Below, in pieces: positions 1 through 9,101 of a stretch of DNA of 64,000 nt. Positions within the stretch are counted from its first letter, which is position 1; every line of letters starts with the position of its first letter. The notes beneath the pieces were generated by a model, which saw only the letters and a program-made list of their open reading frames with translations, was not told the DNA's origin and ran no database searches. This stretch comes from an uncultured Alphaproteobacteria bacterium (GTDB lineage: Bacteria; Pseudomonadota; Alphaproteobacteria; Rhizobiales; Aestuariivirgaceae). The stretch is taken from NCBI GenBank assembly GCA_963766425.1, contig CAVYAB010000033.1, positions 8,590 to 72,589 on the forward strand, read 5' to 3'. The position numbers and the translations under genes are program-made.

Positions 1-2
1 AA

Positions 3-200
3 ATTTGGCGAAGGGACCACGAGCAGGAGCGCGTCACGGCTCTGGTTCCGGGGGTTTCGATAGACATTCCCGTTGGAACGGCTTTCCAGTATCGAAATGC
101 TGGAACTGATCCGCTCAAATTTATCTGCGTGACCATGCCAAAATGGCCCGGGGAGCAGGAATTGATATATATCGGAGGGATATGGAAACCCTCAATATAG
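3..200 (+). CDS. Cupin-domain protein, C-terminal part (runs off window start)
   Basis: Hand translation of frame 3: IWRRDHEQERVTALVPGVSIDIPVGTAFQYRNAGTDPLKFICVTMPKWPGEQE...KPSI*; cupin motif-2-like pattern; TAG at 198-200. Confidence 0.7.
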   Translation: MWRRDHEQERVTALVPGVSIDIPVGTAFQYRNAGTDPLKFICVTMPKWPGEQELIYIGGIWKPSI

Positions 201-402
201 CGTCAGGTCGGTTTATGACTTGGTCCATTGTCCATCGCTGCCAGGCACCATCAATGTCCCCGCCTGCTTTCCGTTTGCTTCCTTTGTCTCGGTCTATGAG
301 GAATGGAGGTTTATAGGTCTACATTTTAGGGGAATGTCGGTTTATGGTTTGAAATGTAGAATTGCTGGCATCAACACAAGACTTGCAAAGAGGGAGACTC
401 CG

Positions 403-744
403 ATGAAAAAGCATTGCACCGTCCTCATTAGCTTGGCGTTTTGCCTGCCGTTGTCAGCACCTATTTCCACCGCCAAGGCGGGGAGCGCCAATTGCCAAAT
501 CGTGGGCGCCAAGAAGGCGGACCAAAATTTCAAATCCCACAAGCTGGTGACAGGACTCCTGGCAGGCGGGGTGACGATTTACACGATCCGCACCATTGTG
601 GAGAAAAGCAAGGGGCCACCGAAGGGCGCTGTTATGAGCCGGGGCGGAGGCGTATTACTGAAGAACGCCGCCGACAGGACGCGGTGGGACAAATTCTACC
701 GCAAGGCTCGTGCCGACTGCCGCGCCAAGACGGCGGCGCTTTAG
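403..744 (+). CDS. Small basic secreted hypothetical protein
   Basis: GGGAG RBS at 392-396, ATG 403; signal-peptide-like N-terminus MKKHCTVLISLAFCLPLSAPISTAKA. Confidence 0.55.
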   Translation: MKKHCTVLISLAFCLPLSAPISTAKAGSANCQIVGAKKADQNFKSHKLVTGLLAGGVTIYTIRTIVEKSKGPPKGAVMSRGGGVLLKNAADRTRWDKFYRKARADCRAKTAAL

Positions 745-908
745 ATCCACTTCAGCAGGTGTTTCATCCGACGCTAGTCATCTCTCCTAAGGTCCAAACG
801 AGTGTTTCGAAATCAGGTGCAATGCGGCAAAGCCAGAATCAGCGAGAGACATTTGATATGCAGCGCACTTTCCGTTGCAGAGAGAAGGCCCGTCGTTGAC
901 GTAAGAAA

Positions 909-936
909 ATGTCCGCTTCAGGCCCGTTGCAGACAT
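909..936 (+). repeat. 28-bp palindromic site (11-6-11), type A unit
   Basis: atgtccgcttc-aggccc-gttgcagacat; same family as units at 4839-4912, 5472-5544, 7465-7583, 10192-10309. Confidence 0.75.
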
Positions 937-990
937 ATCGGCAGCCTCTAATTTACTTGCGGAGATAGGTTTGGAGCAGCCCCAAACGGC

Positions 991-1209
991 TCACCAGTTA
1001 GGATCGCGGCCTTCCAGATCGGCGTCAAAAGCCATCGGTGGCTTGCTCTGGGTCGCCCTGTATGGCGCCACATAAGCCATTTCGAAAGCTTGCATTATGG
1101 CTTCGGATATCACTGTAACCGCGGTGCCGATACCAAGTTTCGGGAGTTCTAGGCGCAACAGGCTCGGGCGGCGAACCGCGATTGGGGCGGTGATGGCGAT
1201 GTCGGTCAT
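991..1209 (-). CDS. Small hypothetical protein divergent from wHTH-TPR regulator
   Basis: AGGAGG RBS upstream of ATG 1209; 72 aa. Confidence 0.7.
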   Translation of the reverse strand: MTDIAITAPIAVRRPSLLRLELPKLGIGTAVTVISEAIMQAFEMAYVAPYRATQSKPPMAFDADLEGRDPNW

Positions 1210-1247
1210 GGCGTCCTCCTATGTTGCCAGAATGGCAGAGGTTCCCG

Positions 1248-1296
1248 TTCAGGTCCTTGGCGGGGACCTGAAGAGTTCTGAATTATTCTGAAGTTC
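1248..1296. promoter_or_regulatory. Putative operator: CTGAA x3 at 10-bp period plus 9-bp inverted repeat
   Basis: CTGAA at 1268, 1278, 1288; ttcaggtcc (1248-1256) / ggacctgaa (1264-1272). Confidence 0.55.
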
Positions 1297-1346
1297 GCTT
1301 TCGGGAAGGTTTCGGTTATCGTGCCGCCCGGGTAGGGGCTTGTTGA

Positions 1347-2888
1347 ATGGACTTGCAGTTCGGACAGTACCGGTTGAAGCGCGCAGAGCGGATGCTGCTG
1401 GGACCCGAGGGGCCGGTGGAGCTTTCGGCGCGGTCCTTTGACATCCTCGCTTTACTGCTGGGCAAACCAGACGAGGTGATCAGTAAGAGCGAGTTCTTCG
1501 ATGCAGTCTGGCCCGGCCTGGTGGTTGAGGAGAACACGCTGCAGGTCCACATCTCGGCACTGCGCAAGGCGCTTCCCCCCGGCATGATCACGACAGTGCA
1601 TGGCCGGGGATACAAATATTCGGGACCAAGGCCAGTTGCGGCAGCGACAGCGCCTGTTGTTAGAGAGGCTCCGACGCCGCCCAAACCATCCATCGCCGTC
1701 CTCCCCTTCGCCAATCTGAGCGGCGATGCGGCGCAGGATATTTTCTGCGAAGGATTGGCGCTCAACATTGTCGCCAGCCTCGGGCGCTTCCACGAGCTGT
1801 TCGTCATCGACCGGCTTTCGACCCTGGCCTACCGGAACCGGCCGGTGACATCGGCTGAGGCCGCGCGTGAACTTTCGGTTCGCTACATTCTGGAGGGAAG
1901 TGTTCAAAAAGCCGGGGATCGCATCCGCGTCTCGGTCCAACTCGTCGATGGCACCGAGAACCGGCAGCTTTGGGCCGAGACCTATGACCGGCAACTGACC
2001 GACATCTTCGCGGTCCAGGACGAAATCACCGGGACGATCATCGGCACGCTTGCGTCCGGCTATGGCGGCAGGCTCGGCAAGGCCTGGCGCGACCGAAGCA
2101 ATTCCGCCGGACTCGAGAGCTTCGTCGCATTGGACCATCTCCAACGCGCTTATGATGCCTGTCGTTTCACCAAGGAGGGAGAGATCCGTGCCAGGGAGCA
2201 TTTGACGAGGGCAATCGAATGCGATCCTGGACTTGCCAAAGCCTATAGTAAAATGGCATCGAATCACACGGTCGACGCCTATGGCGGCTGGGCCGACGAC
2301 TATGACGTGTCGATGGAACTGGCCCGCCGATGGGCAGTGAAGGCGATTGCCTGCGACGACGGCAATTCCTGGTCCCATTGGGCCTTCGCTAACTATCATT
2401 TGTATACATTAAATCATGGTGTGGCACTTGAGGCCTTCCGGAAGGCCCTCGACTGCAATCCCAACGACGCTGAAGTGATGACCGACTACGGGCTTTGCCT
2501 GAGCTATTCGGGAAGGGCGGAAGAGGGCATCGAGTACGCACGGAAAGCCATGCGCCTCAATCCGTATCACTATGAATGGTACACTTCTCAGCTCGGCCAG
2601 ATCTATTTCGATGCCCGCCAATATGACAAGGCCATCGTCACCTTCGCCAGCCTGCGTTCGCTTGATAGCGCTATCGTGCGCGTCTATCAGGCCGCCAGCT
2701 TCGCCGCCGCCGGGAACCAGCAGCAGGCCCAGAAATCGGTGCAGCGTGCTCTCGAACTTGACCCCGGCGCGACTTTGCAGAAATGGACCGACCCGAAACT
2801 CGCGCCCTATGGTGATGCCGCTTACCTCGAGCATTTCCGCCAGAATCTCCGCAAGGCGGGCCTGCCGGAGCGGGCCAGAACCAATTAA
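1347..2888 (+). CDS. OmpR-type winged-helix + TolB-like + TPR transcriptional regulator
   Basis: Trans_reg_C-like N-terminus (VWPGLVVEENTLQVHISALRKAL), PSIAVLPFANLSGD motif, TPR-like C-terminus. Confidence 0.9.
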   Translation: MDLQFGQYRLKRAERMLLGPEGPVELSARSFDILALLLGKPDEVISKSEFFDAVWPGLVVEENTLQVHISALRKALPPGMITTVHGRGYKYSGPRPVAAATAPVVREAPTPPKPSIAVLPFANLSGDAAQDIFCEGLALNIVASLGRFHELFVIDRLSTLAYRNRPVTSAEAARELSVRYILEGSVQKAGDRIRVSVQLVDGTENRQLWAETYDRQLTDIFAVQDEITGTIIGTLASGYGGRLGKAWRDRSNSAGLESFVALDHLQRAYDACRFTKEGEIRAREHLTRAIECDPGLAKAYSKMASNHTVDAYGGWADDYDVSMELARRWAVKAIACDDGNSWSHWAFANYHLYTLNHGVALEAFRKALDCNPNDAEVMTDYGLCLSYSGRAEEGIEYARKAMRLNPYHYEWYTSQLGQIYFDARQYDKAIVTFASLRSLDSAIVRVYQAASFAAAGNQQQAQKSVQRALELDPGATLQKWTDPKLAPYGDAAYLEHFRQNLRKAGLPERARTN

Positions 2889-2890
2889 AT

Positions 2891-2912
2891 CCGGCGATCA
2901 TTCATTCCTCAT
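2891..2912 (+). repeat. 22-bp direct repeat, left copy (flanks MATE gene)
   Basis: ccggcgatcattcattcctcat; 20/22 identical to 4528-4549. Confidence 0.8.
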
Positions 2913-3115
2913 GTTGTAGACCATTTCCAGACATTGCCGCTCTTGCATTATTCACCGGTGAATAGTTCATTCTCAGTATCACTCGGATGAACATATCAAA
3001 TCGATGATTTGCGCCGCTTCTGTTGTTGTGGCAAATGCCCAGTTTCTTCGTTCTGGGAAATGAAGTTAATGATCAGGATTTCTGACCCAAAACTTGCAAC
3101 TATTTTTGGATAACA

Positions 3116-4522
3116 ATGGCGGTTCAAAGAGACATCGATCCCGGAACCAGGGGCCACTGGGTGTTGGAAATCAAATCCATCGTTGCTCTTGCATGGCCAA
3201 TGGTTGTCACCAACTTTGCCCAGACAGCTATGACGGCAACCGATGTGTTAATGCTCAGTCGGCTTGGCCCCGACACGCTTGCGGCATCGGGGCTTGGTAC
3301 AAACCTGCATTTCCTGTTCATGATTTTCGGACTTGGGCTCGTCCTCGGTGTGGCCCCGGTTCTGGCACAGGAAATTGGTGCCAACAGGTATGAGGTGCGC
3401 CGTGTCCGTCAGACCGTGCGTCATGGCCTTTGGCTTTCAATGCTGATTTCTCTGCCAATTTGGCTTTTCCTCTGGAATGGCCGCACAATCCTGATAGCAA
3501 TCGGCCAAGATGAAGGCCTTGCTGCAAAAGCTGGCGAATACATGCGAGCCCTTCAGTGGTCGATACTACCCTTTTTTGCCTACATTGTGCTGCGGTCGTT
3601 CATCTCCGCCCTGGAGCGGCCTTTGTGGGCAATGGGTATTATGGTTTTTGCAGTAGGCCTCAATGCATTGGCCAACTATGCCTTGATATTCGGTCATTTT
3701 GGTATGCCAGCACTCGGCATCCGCGGCTCGGGCCTTGCCACAACCGTGGCAAGTACGATGATGTTCTTAGCGTTGGCGGCCGTAGTCACCTTTGACCGCC
3801 AGTTCCGCCGCTACCATTTATTTGGGCACTTCTGGCGACTGGACAGTCATCAATTCGTTTATCTGCTAAAACTCGGTTTCAACATTGGCTTGCTTCTGAC
3901 ATTCGAAGTCGGGCTGTTCGCCGCGTCAGGACTAATTATGGGAATAATTGGCCGTGACACCATCGCTGCCTACATGGTCGCTATTCAGCTCTCTTCGCTT
4001 GCCTTTATGGTGCCGCTTGGCATTTCGCAGGCCGCGACCGTACGTGTCGGTCTTGCTTATGGCGCTGAATCTCCGGATGGAATGAAGCGGGCAGGTTGGG
4101 TGAGTTTTTTTCTGGCCACAGGCTTCATGATTCTCGTAGCCTTGGTCATGGTGCTTATCCCGGAGCAATTGATTGGGCTGTTTCTAAACAAAGAGGCCGC
4201 CGAGAGTGCCGTGGTATTTGTGCTGGCAGTGGCCTTCCTGAAATATGTCGCATTGTTCCAAATTGTTGACGGTGCGCAGGCTGTCGCGGGCGGAATGTTG
4301 CGAGGACTTCAAGACACCAAAATTCCGGTCCTTGTGGGTGCGATTGGTTATTGGGCGGTTGGCATGCCAGTTGGCTTACTGCTGGCATTTACTTATGGTC
4401 TTGAGGGAGCTGGTATGTGGCTTGGCTTGGCATCCGGCTTGGCTTTTGTCGCCATCGCATTACTATGGCGCTGGGTTATCGTTACGTGGCGGATGGATGC
4501 CGGTACAAACTTTCTTAAGTGA
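3116..4522 (+). CDS. MATE family multidrug efflux transporter (NorM-like)
   Basis: 468 aa, many TM segments; LAWPMVVTNFAQ, MVPLGISQAATVRVG, FQIVDGAQAVAGGMLRGLQDT motifs. Confidence 0.92.
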   Translation: MAVQRDIDPGTRGHWVLEIKSIVALAWPMVVTNFAQTAMTATDVLMLSRLGPDTLAASGLGTNLHFLFMIFGLGLVLGVAPVLAQEIGANRYEVRRVRQTVRHGLWLSMLISLPIWLFLWNGRTILIAIGQDEGLAAKAGEYMRALQWSILPFFAYIVLRSFISALERPLWAMGIMVFAVGLNALANYALIFGHFGMPALGIRGSGLATTVASTMMFLALAAVVTFDRQFRRYHLFGHFWRLDSHQFVYLLKLGFNIGLLLTFEVGLFAASGLIMGIIGRDTIAAYMVAIQLSSLAFMVPLGISQAATVRVGLAYGAESPDGMKRAGWVSFFLATGFMILVALVMVLIPEQLIGLFLNKEAAESAVVFVLAVAFLKYVALFQIVDGAQAVAGGMLRGLQDTKIPVLVGAIGYWAVGMPVGLLLAFTYGLEGAGMWLGLASGLAFVAIALLWRWVIVTWRMDAGTNFLK

Positions 4523-4527
4523 TATAC

Positions 4528-4549
4528 CCGGTGACCATTCATTCCTCAT
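4528..4549 (+). repeat. 22-bp direct repeat, right copy
   Basis: ccggtgaccattcattcctcat. Confidence 0.8.
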
Positions 4550-4552
4550 TCC

Positions 4553-4674
4553 GTCATCCCGGCGACCTGTCCTCCGAAGCAAAGCCCTAGCTTTGCGAAG
4601 GGGGAAAGCCGGGACCCAGACTCTCAACCGACACACAAGCGGAAAGCCTGGGTCCCGACGTACGTCGGGATGAC
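4553..4674. repeat. REP/RIME-like palindromic pair carrying a nested 40-bp palindrome
   Basis: gtcatcccggcg[insert 4565-4604]aaagccgggaccca ... tgggtcccgacgtacgtcgggatgac; uninterrupted relative at 57978-58047. Confidence 0.8.
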
Positions 4675-4838
4675 GAAAAAATGAAATGTTTACCTGGATT
4701 GGCGCGCATTCTTTAGATTTGCAAAGAGTTTGGCGGGAAATGAAACTCAAAGAGACATGTGCATAAGTTTACCACAAGGGGAGGGAGAAAATGTTGGTTC
4801 TGTCTGATCTCATTCCGCGCCAGTAAAATTTCAAGAGC

Positions 4839-4912
4839 ATGGCCGCTTACAATTGAACAACAGACACAACGTAAAAACTGCCTGACGTTTCCATTTGATC
4901 CAAAGATGACGT
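4839..4912 (+). repeat. Site cluster: 29-bp type B unit, 17-bp spacer, degenerate 28-bp type A unit
   Basis: atggccgctta-caattga-acaacagacac (4839-4867); acgtttccatt-tgatcc-aaagatgacgt (4885-4912). Confidence 0.6.
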
Positions 4913-4959
4913 TCATCGGCAACTGTAGTCGCAGGGGCGATCTGTGGTAGCCTTTACAA

Positions 4960-5454
4960 ATGGACTCAACCCAGGTGCCAACTTTGTATCTTCTGTGCGG
5001 AAAGATTGCCGCCGGGAAGTCAACGCTGGCACGAAGCATTGCGTCGCGCCCGGCGACTTTACTCATAAGCGAAGATCACTGGACGTCGAACCTGTTTTTG
5101 GATGAATTGAGGACAATCGATGACTACTCACATTATTCGGCTCGACTTCGCGCTGCCATGGGGCCACATGTTGTCGATATCTTGAAGTTGGGCCTCTCCG
5201 TAGTCCTGGATTTTCCGGCAAGTACTGTTAGCTATCGCGGGTGGATGCGTTCATTGATTACGAAGGCTAATGTGATCCACGAGCTTCACTATCTTGATGT
5301 TCCAGATACGATCTGCAAACAACGGCTTCGAGAACGTAATACGGGTGGCAAACACCCGTTCGAGGTCAGCGAGTCGGACTACAATCTGATCACGAGCTAT
5401 TTTGTTCCTCCGGGAATTGAAGAGGGATTCAACATCGTCTTTCACAGACCGTGA
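4960..5454 (+). CDS. P-loop kinase/ATPase (AAA_33-like)
   Basis: Walker A GKIAAGKST; ISEDHW; VVLDFP; 164 aa. Confidence 0.85.
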   Translation: MDSTQVPTLYLLCGKIAAGKSTLARSIASRPATLLISEDHWTSNLFLDELRTIDDYSHYSARLRAAMGPHVVDILKLGLSVVLDFPASTVSYRGWMRSLITKANVIHELHYLDVPDTICKQRLRERNTGGKHPFEVSESDYNLITSYFVPPGIEEGFNIVFHRP

Positions 5455-5471
5455 TCCAACGGTCGGCGCGG

Positions 5472-5544
5472 ACGTCCGTATTTGGCCCAGAGCAGAAAGA
5501 TAACCCCATAACAAGAATTTCCGCTTTTGACCTGAAGCGGACCT
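5472..5544 (+). repeat. Site cluster: two 28-bp type A units 17 bp apart
   Basis: acgtccgtatt-tggccc-agagcagaaag (5472-5499); atttccgcttt-tgacct-gaagcggacct (5517-5544). Confidence 0.8.
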
Positions 5545-5598
5545 CAACGGCGATCTCGGGTGTAAACTTGTTCTTAAACACCCCAAGGGGCCGGAAAT

Positions 5599-7149
5599 CT
5601 ATTTGAGCCCCGCGGCACGCAAACCTTCGATGTAAATAGCGCGGTCCTCGGAGCGCACAATTGGATGATGTTTCTCAACCCATTCAACGGACAGATCGGG
5701 CTGAAGCTGTTTTGTTTCGGCAAGTGCTGCCGCAGCGGTGTCTATATCGCCGGCAATTCCGGCACTTGCGGCGAGACTTCGCCACGCCGAGGTGAAGCGC
5801 GGACGGAGCAGCACAGCGCGGCGGTTTAAGGTGGCGCAATCTTGGTATCGTCCCGCCACGAAATGGCAAATCGCACACGCAGACAGATAGAACGACTGGT
5901 GTGGGTCTCGAGGGCTGAGCCGCATCCCCAGCGCCAAATGTTGCAATCCGTCGTCCCCCGCACCACCAAATCCATGGGCTGAACCCAATACCATGTGCCC
6001 GAGGGCAAAGTTGGGGTTTAACCGGATTGTTTCTTCAAGCTCTTCAATCGCCGGTTTGAACCGCCGTGACAGCATGTGGACGTAGCCAAGCGCCAAATGT
6101 GCCCATGGGTCTTCGCCGTCTCGTTCGACTGACAGGCGTGCCGATTCGAGAGCGAGGCTAATCACTTTGTCGAATGACAGCCAACCCATGTGAGCCCCGG
6201 TAATGTAGATCCAAGCAAGTAAGCTATGGGCTCGGGCATAATTCGGTTCAATCGCGATGGCACGTCTGAGATCCGCCAGAGCCTTTTCGCTGTCTTCTTC
6301 GCCCCAGGTCCAGATATGAGGCATCGCACGCATGACATGGCCCCATGCGTCGAGACTGTCAGGAGGCTTGTTCTGAAAGCGCCTGTTCTCCGCTGCATAA
6401 AGCTCAGGTTCGATTGAGGCGACAACGCTTTCAGTAATCTCGTCTTGCACCGCGAATACATCAGTCGTCGCCCGCTCGTAACGTTCCGCCCAAACATGTG
6501 CCCCCGTATTGGCGTCAATCAACTGGCTTGTAACGCGTAGACGATCGCCAGCTCTGCGCACGCTTCCCTCGAGGACATACCGTACACCGAGATCTCTTGC
6601 GACTTGGCGGACATCAGGAACGGTTCCCTTGTAAGCGTACGTGGAGTTGCGGGCTATGACGAAAAGCCAGCGCAGCCTGGAGAGTCCTGTGATGATGTCT
6701 TCCACTATTCCATCGGCGAAATATTCCTGTGCCGGATCGTCGCTGAGATTGACAAATGGGAGTACCGCAATCGAAGGTCCGTTTCCATGTTCACTGGTCG
6801 GGGCGCCATTGGTTCCGTCGAGCTTTTCCACCCGGCGGTCAACTGGGGCCACAAGGCGGTAACCCACGCGAGGAATAGTCGTGATCCAGTCGCTGCCCTC
6901 GGGTGATTGCCCGAGGAGCTTTCGGAGCGATGCGATTTGAACTGAAAGATTACCCTCCTCGACAGCTGCACCATCCCAAGCGGCGTCAATAAGATCGGAT
7001 TTGGTCAGCACCTCACCAGGACGGTTTAGAAAGATTGTTAGGAGGCGGAAGGCCCGATAGCCGACGGGCACAGGCGCTCCCTGGCGGCAAAGGGTGCCTG
7101 CCTCTGGGTTGAGGACGAAAGGACCAAAAACAAAGGATTGCCCCAGCAT
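5599..7149 (-). CDS. OmpR-type winged-helix + TolB-like + TPR transcriptional regulator (paralog of 1347-2888)
   Basis: VEEGNLSVQIASLRKLL, ITTIPRVGYRL, PSIAVLPFVNLSDD, TPR-like C-terminus. Confidence 0.9.
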   Translation of the reverse strand: MLGQSFVFGPFVLNPEAGTLCRQGAPVPVGYRAFRLLTIFLNRPGEVLTKSDLIDAAWDGAAVEEGNLSVQIASLRKLLGQSPEGSDWITTIPRVGYRLVAPVDRRVEKLDGTNGAPTSEHGNGPSIAVLPFVNLSDDPAQEYFADGIVEDIITGLSRLRWLFVIARNSTYAYKGTVPDVRQVARDLGVRYVLEGSVRRAGDRLRVTSQLIDANTGAHVWAERYERATTDVFAVQDEITESVVASIEPELYAAENRRFQNKPPDSLDAWGHVMRAMPHIWTWGEEDSEKALADLRRAIAIEPNYARAHSLLAWIYITGAHMGWLSFDKVISLALESARLSVERDGEDPWAHLALGYVHMLSRRFKPAIEELEETIRLNPNFALGHMVLGSAHGFGGAGDDGLQHLALGMRLSPRDPHQSFYLSACAICHFVAGRYQDCATLNRRAVLLRPRFTSAWRSLAASAGIAGDIDTAAAALAETKQLQPDLSVEWVEKHHPIVRSEDRAIYIEGLRAAGLK

Positions 7150-7170
7150 GGTGGGAAACTACATCTTTTT

Positions 7171-7207
7171 GGAACTTTTAGGAACTATTAGGTAGGGCTA
7201 AGGGACA
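7171..7207. promoter_or_regulatory. Putative operator: 10-bp tandem repeats
   Basis: ggaactttta ggaactatta ggtagggcta agggac between regulator and divergent small ORF. Confidence 0.55.
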
Positions 7208-7261
7208 ATCCAGGTCCGCCTGGCTCATCCTGTTTCCAATGCCGAGACAGGAGAAACGACG

Positions 7262-7456
7262 ATGGCCGATATTACTTATGACTGGATGCCGTTCGAAACC
7301 CAATCTGCAACAGAGCTGCCGCCCAGGCGGATGGCCAAAACCAACAAGCCCTATCGGCGCGAAGAGGAATTTCGTTCTGCCCTCGACCGCTACATGGCTG
7401 ACTATCGGAAGCATCGCGCCATGATCGCTAATAGGGGTCGTCATCAAATCCCATAG
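7262..7456 (+). CDS. Small hypothetical protein divergent from wHTH-TPR regulator
   Basis: AGGAGA RBS upstream; 64 aa; begins MADI, like MTDI of 991-1209. Confidence 0.65.
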   Translation: MADITYDWMPFETQSATELPPRRMAKTNKPYRREEEFRSALDRYMADYRKHRAMIANRGRHQIP

Positions 7457-7464
7457 AACCTCTT

Positions 7465-7583
7465 ATATTCGAAAATGGCCCTTTTGAGACCTCATGACCA
7501 AACGATGACGTGTCCGCTCACAAAGGTACAGCAGACGTGGCTTGGTGATTGCATGACTTCGCAGTTTGACCCGAAGCGGACTT
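7465..7583 (+). repeat. Site cluster A-17-B-17-A
   Basis: atattcgaaaa-tggccc-ttttgagacct (7465-7492); gtgtccgctca-caaaggt-acagcagacgt (7510-7538); acttcgcagtt-tgaccc-gaagcggactt (7556-7583). Confidence 0.8.
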
Positions 7584-7665
7584 TGGCTGCCTTCCTAAAT
7601 TGGAGGACCAATTCTCAATGAGGATTAAGCAATAGTGCAGGGTGCGGGGGTTTACTTGACCACTT

Positions 7666-9009
7666 TCATACAGCTGGTTCGATATTCTGGTTCAGCCGGA
7701 ACAGGTTCTTTGGATCGAAACGCGACTTGAGCTTCTGGAGGCGACTGTATTTTTCGGCTCCGTAGGCACTCTTCGCTACTTCCTTGCCAACGTCACTCTG
7801 TTCGTTCACGTAGTTGCCGCTCATTGAGAGTGCGGCAAACTCGGCTGCAATTTTTCTGCCCCATGCCAAGCAGCGCCTGTCGTCCACCGCTTTATCCCAA
7901 ACCGGAGACACGAGCCAGTAATACTTAGCGGCTCTTCCGGTATAGGCCGTATCTAAATCGCGCGCATCGGTCACAGCTCCACCAAGTTGAGTGACGATGA
8001 TATCCGAATCTGGCGTAGGCATCGTTTCGGCTGCCCTAACGAGTGCCCCGCTAATTTCATCAGTCAAGTCACCGAAAAACCCGCCTTTAGTATAGTATCG
8101 GCGGCCCCAGCGCATGAAGTCATCATTGCGGCTTTGATGGGCTACGAACTCCATTGGGCCATGCATACCCGCTGCTTCAGCAGCAAGTTTTCCGAATGGA
8201 GCGATCATTTCGCCTGCCAGTTTCTCGGCTCCGCTCCAGAACGCCGTAACCTTGAGATCCGTTCCTATAATTCTGAGGCCAATCGTGAGTTCTCGGGGTG
8301 CTACATCTGCGAGTTCATGTAGACGCCTCAGGGCGTCACCCGCCGCTTTGATCGGATATTGCCAGTCTCCGACTGAAACAGGCCCCAATGGATGCATTCG
8401 ATACTTGAATTTCGTCACAACTCCAAAATTTCCACCTCCGCCCCTCAGTCCCCAGAACAATTCCGGTTCGACTTCCGCGCTGGCGGTGATTTGGGTTCCA
8501 TTCGCAGTAACCAAGTCGACACTAATGAGGCTATCGATGGTCAAGCCATAGCGTCGACTGAGCCAGCCCATCCCGCCGCCGAGAGTGAGGCCCGCGGCGC
8601 CCGTGTGCGAGACAACGCCAGCAGGAACCACCAGTCCATGCGGTGTTCCCGCGCGATCGAGATCGCCCAGCAATGATCCGCCTTCCACCTCGGCAGTCCT
8701 TGCGGTCGGATCAACTTTGATATGATTTATACGTGACATGTCGAGAACGATGCCGTCATCGCACGTCGAAAGGCCGGGCAGGCTATGGCCGCCGCCTCTG
8801 ACTGCCAAAAGCGCATCGCTTCGCTGCGCCACATCAATCACGCTAGCGATGTCATCTACCGAGCGCACCCGCACGATAGCGGCAGGGCGCTTGTCGAAAA
8901 CACCGTTCCACACTCTACGTGCGGAGTCATATCCTGAATCTTCGGTGTGAATTACGTTGCCGTGGAAATTCAGCTGCCGTAGCCGTTCCACTATTGGAGA
9001 AACGCCCAT
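7666..9009 (-). CDS. FAD-linked oxidase (FAD_binding_4 + BBE domain)
   Basis: RGGGHS covalent-FAD motif, GLRGGGGNFGVVT, C-terminal KSRFDPKNLFRLNQNI. Confidence 0.92.
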   Translation of the reverse strand: MGVSPIVERLRQLNFHGNVIHTEDSGYDSARRVWNGVFDKRPAAIVRVRSVDDIASVIDVAQRSDALLAVRGGGHSLPGLSTCDDGIVLDMSRINHIKVDPTARTAEVEGGSLLGDLDRAGTPHGLVVPAGVVSHTGAAGLTLGGGMGWLSRRYGLTIDSLISVDLVTANGTQITASAEVEPELFWGLRGGGGNFGVVTKFKYRMHPLGPVSVGDWQYPIKAAGDALRRLHELADVAPRELTIGLRIIGTDLKVTAFWSGAEKLAGEMIAPFGKLAAEAAGMHGPMEFVAHQSRNDDFMRWGRRYYTKGGFFGDLTDEISGALVRAAETMPTPDSDIIVTQLGGAVTDARDLDTAYTGRAAKYYWLVSPVWDKAVDDRRCLAWGRKIAAEFAALSMSGNYVNEQSDVGKEVAKSAYGAEKYSRLQKLKSRFDPKNLFRLNQNIEPAV

Positions 9010-9101
9010 TCCCTAATCCCCTTCTGAAGAACAGCTTGCCCCGTTTTCCACCGGGTTGCAAACTTGATATGAGGTCGGGAACTAGGGCTACTGCATTCGA
9101 C

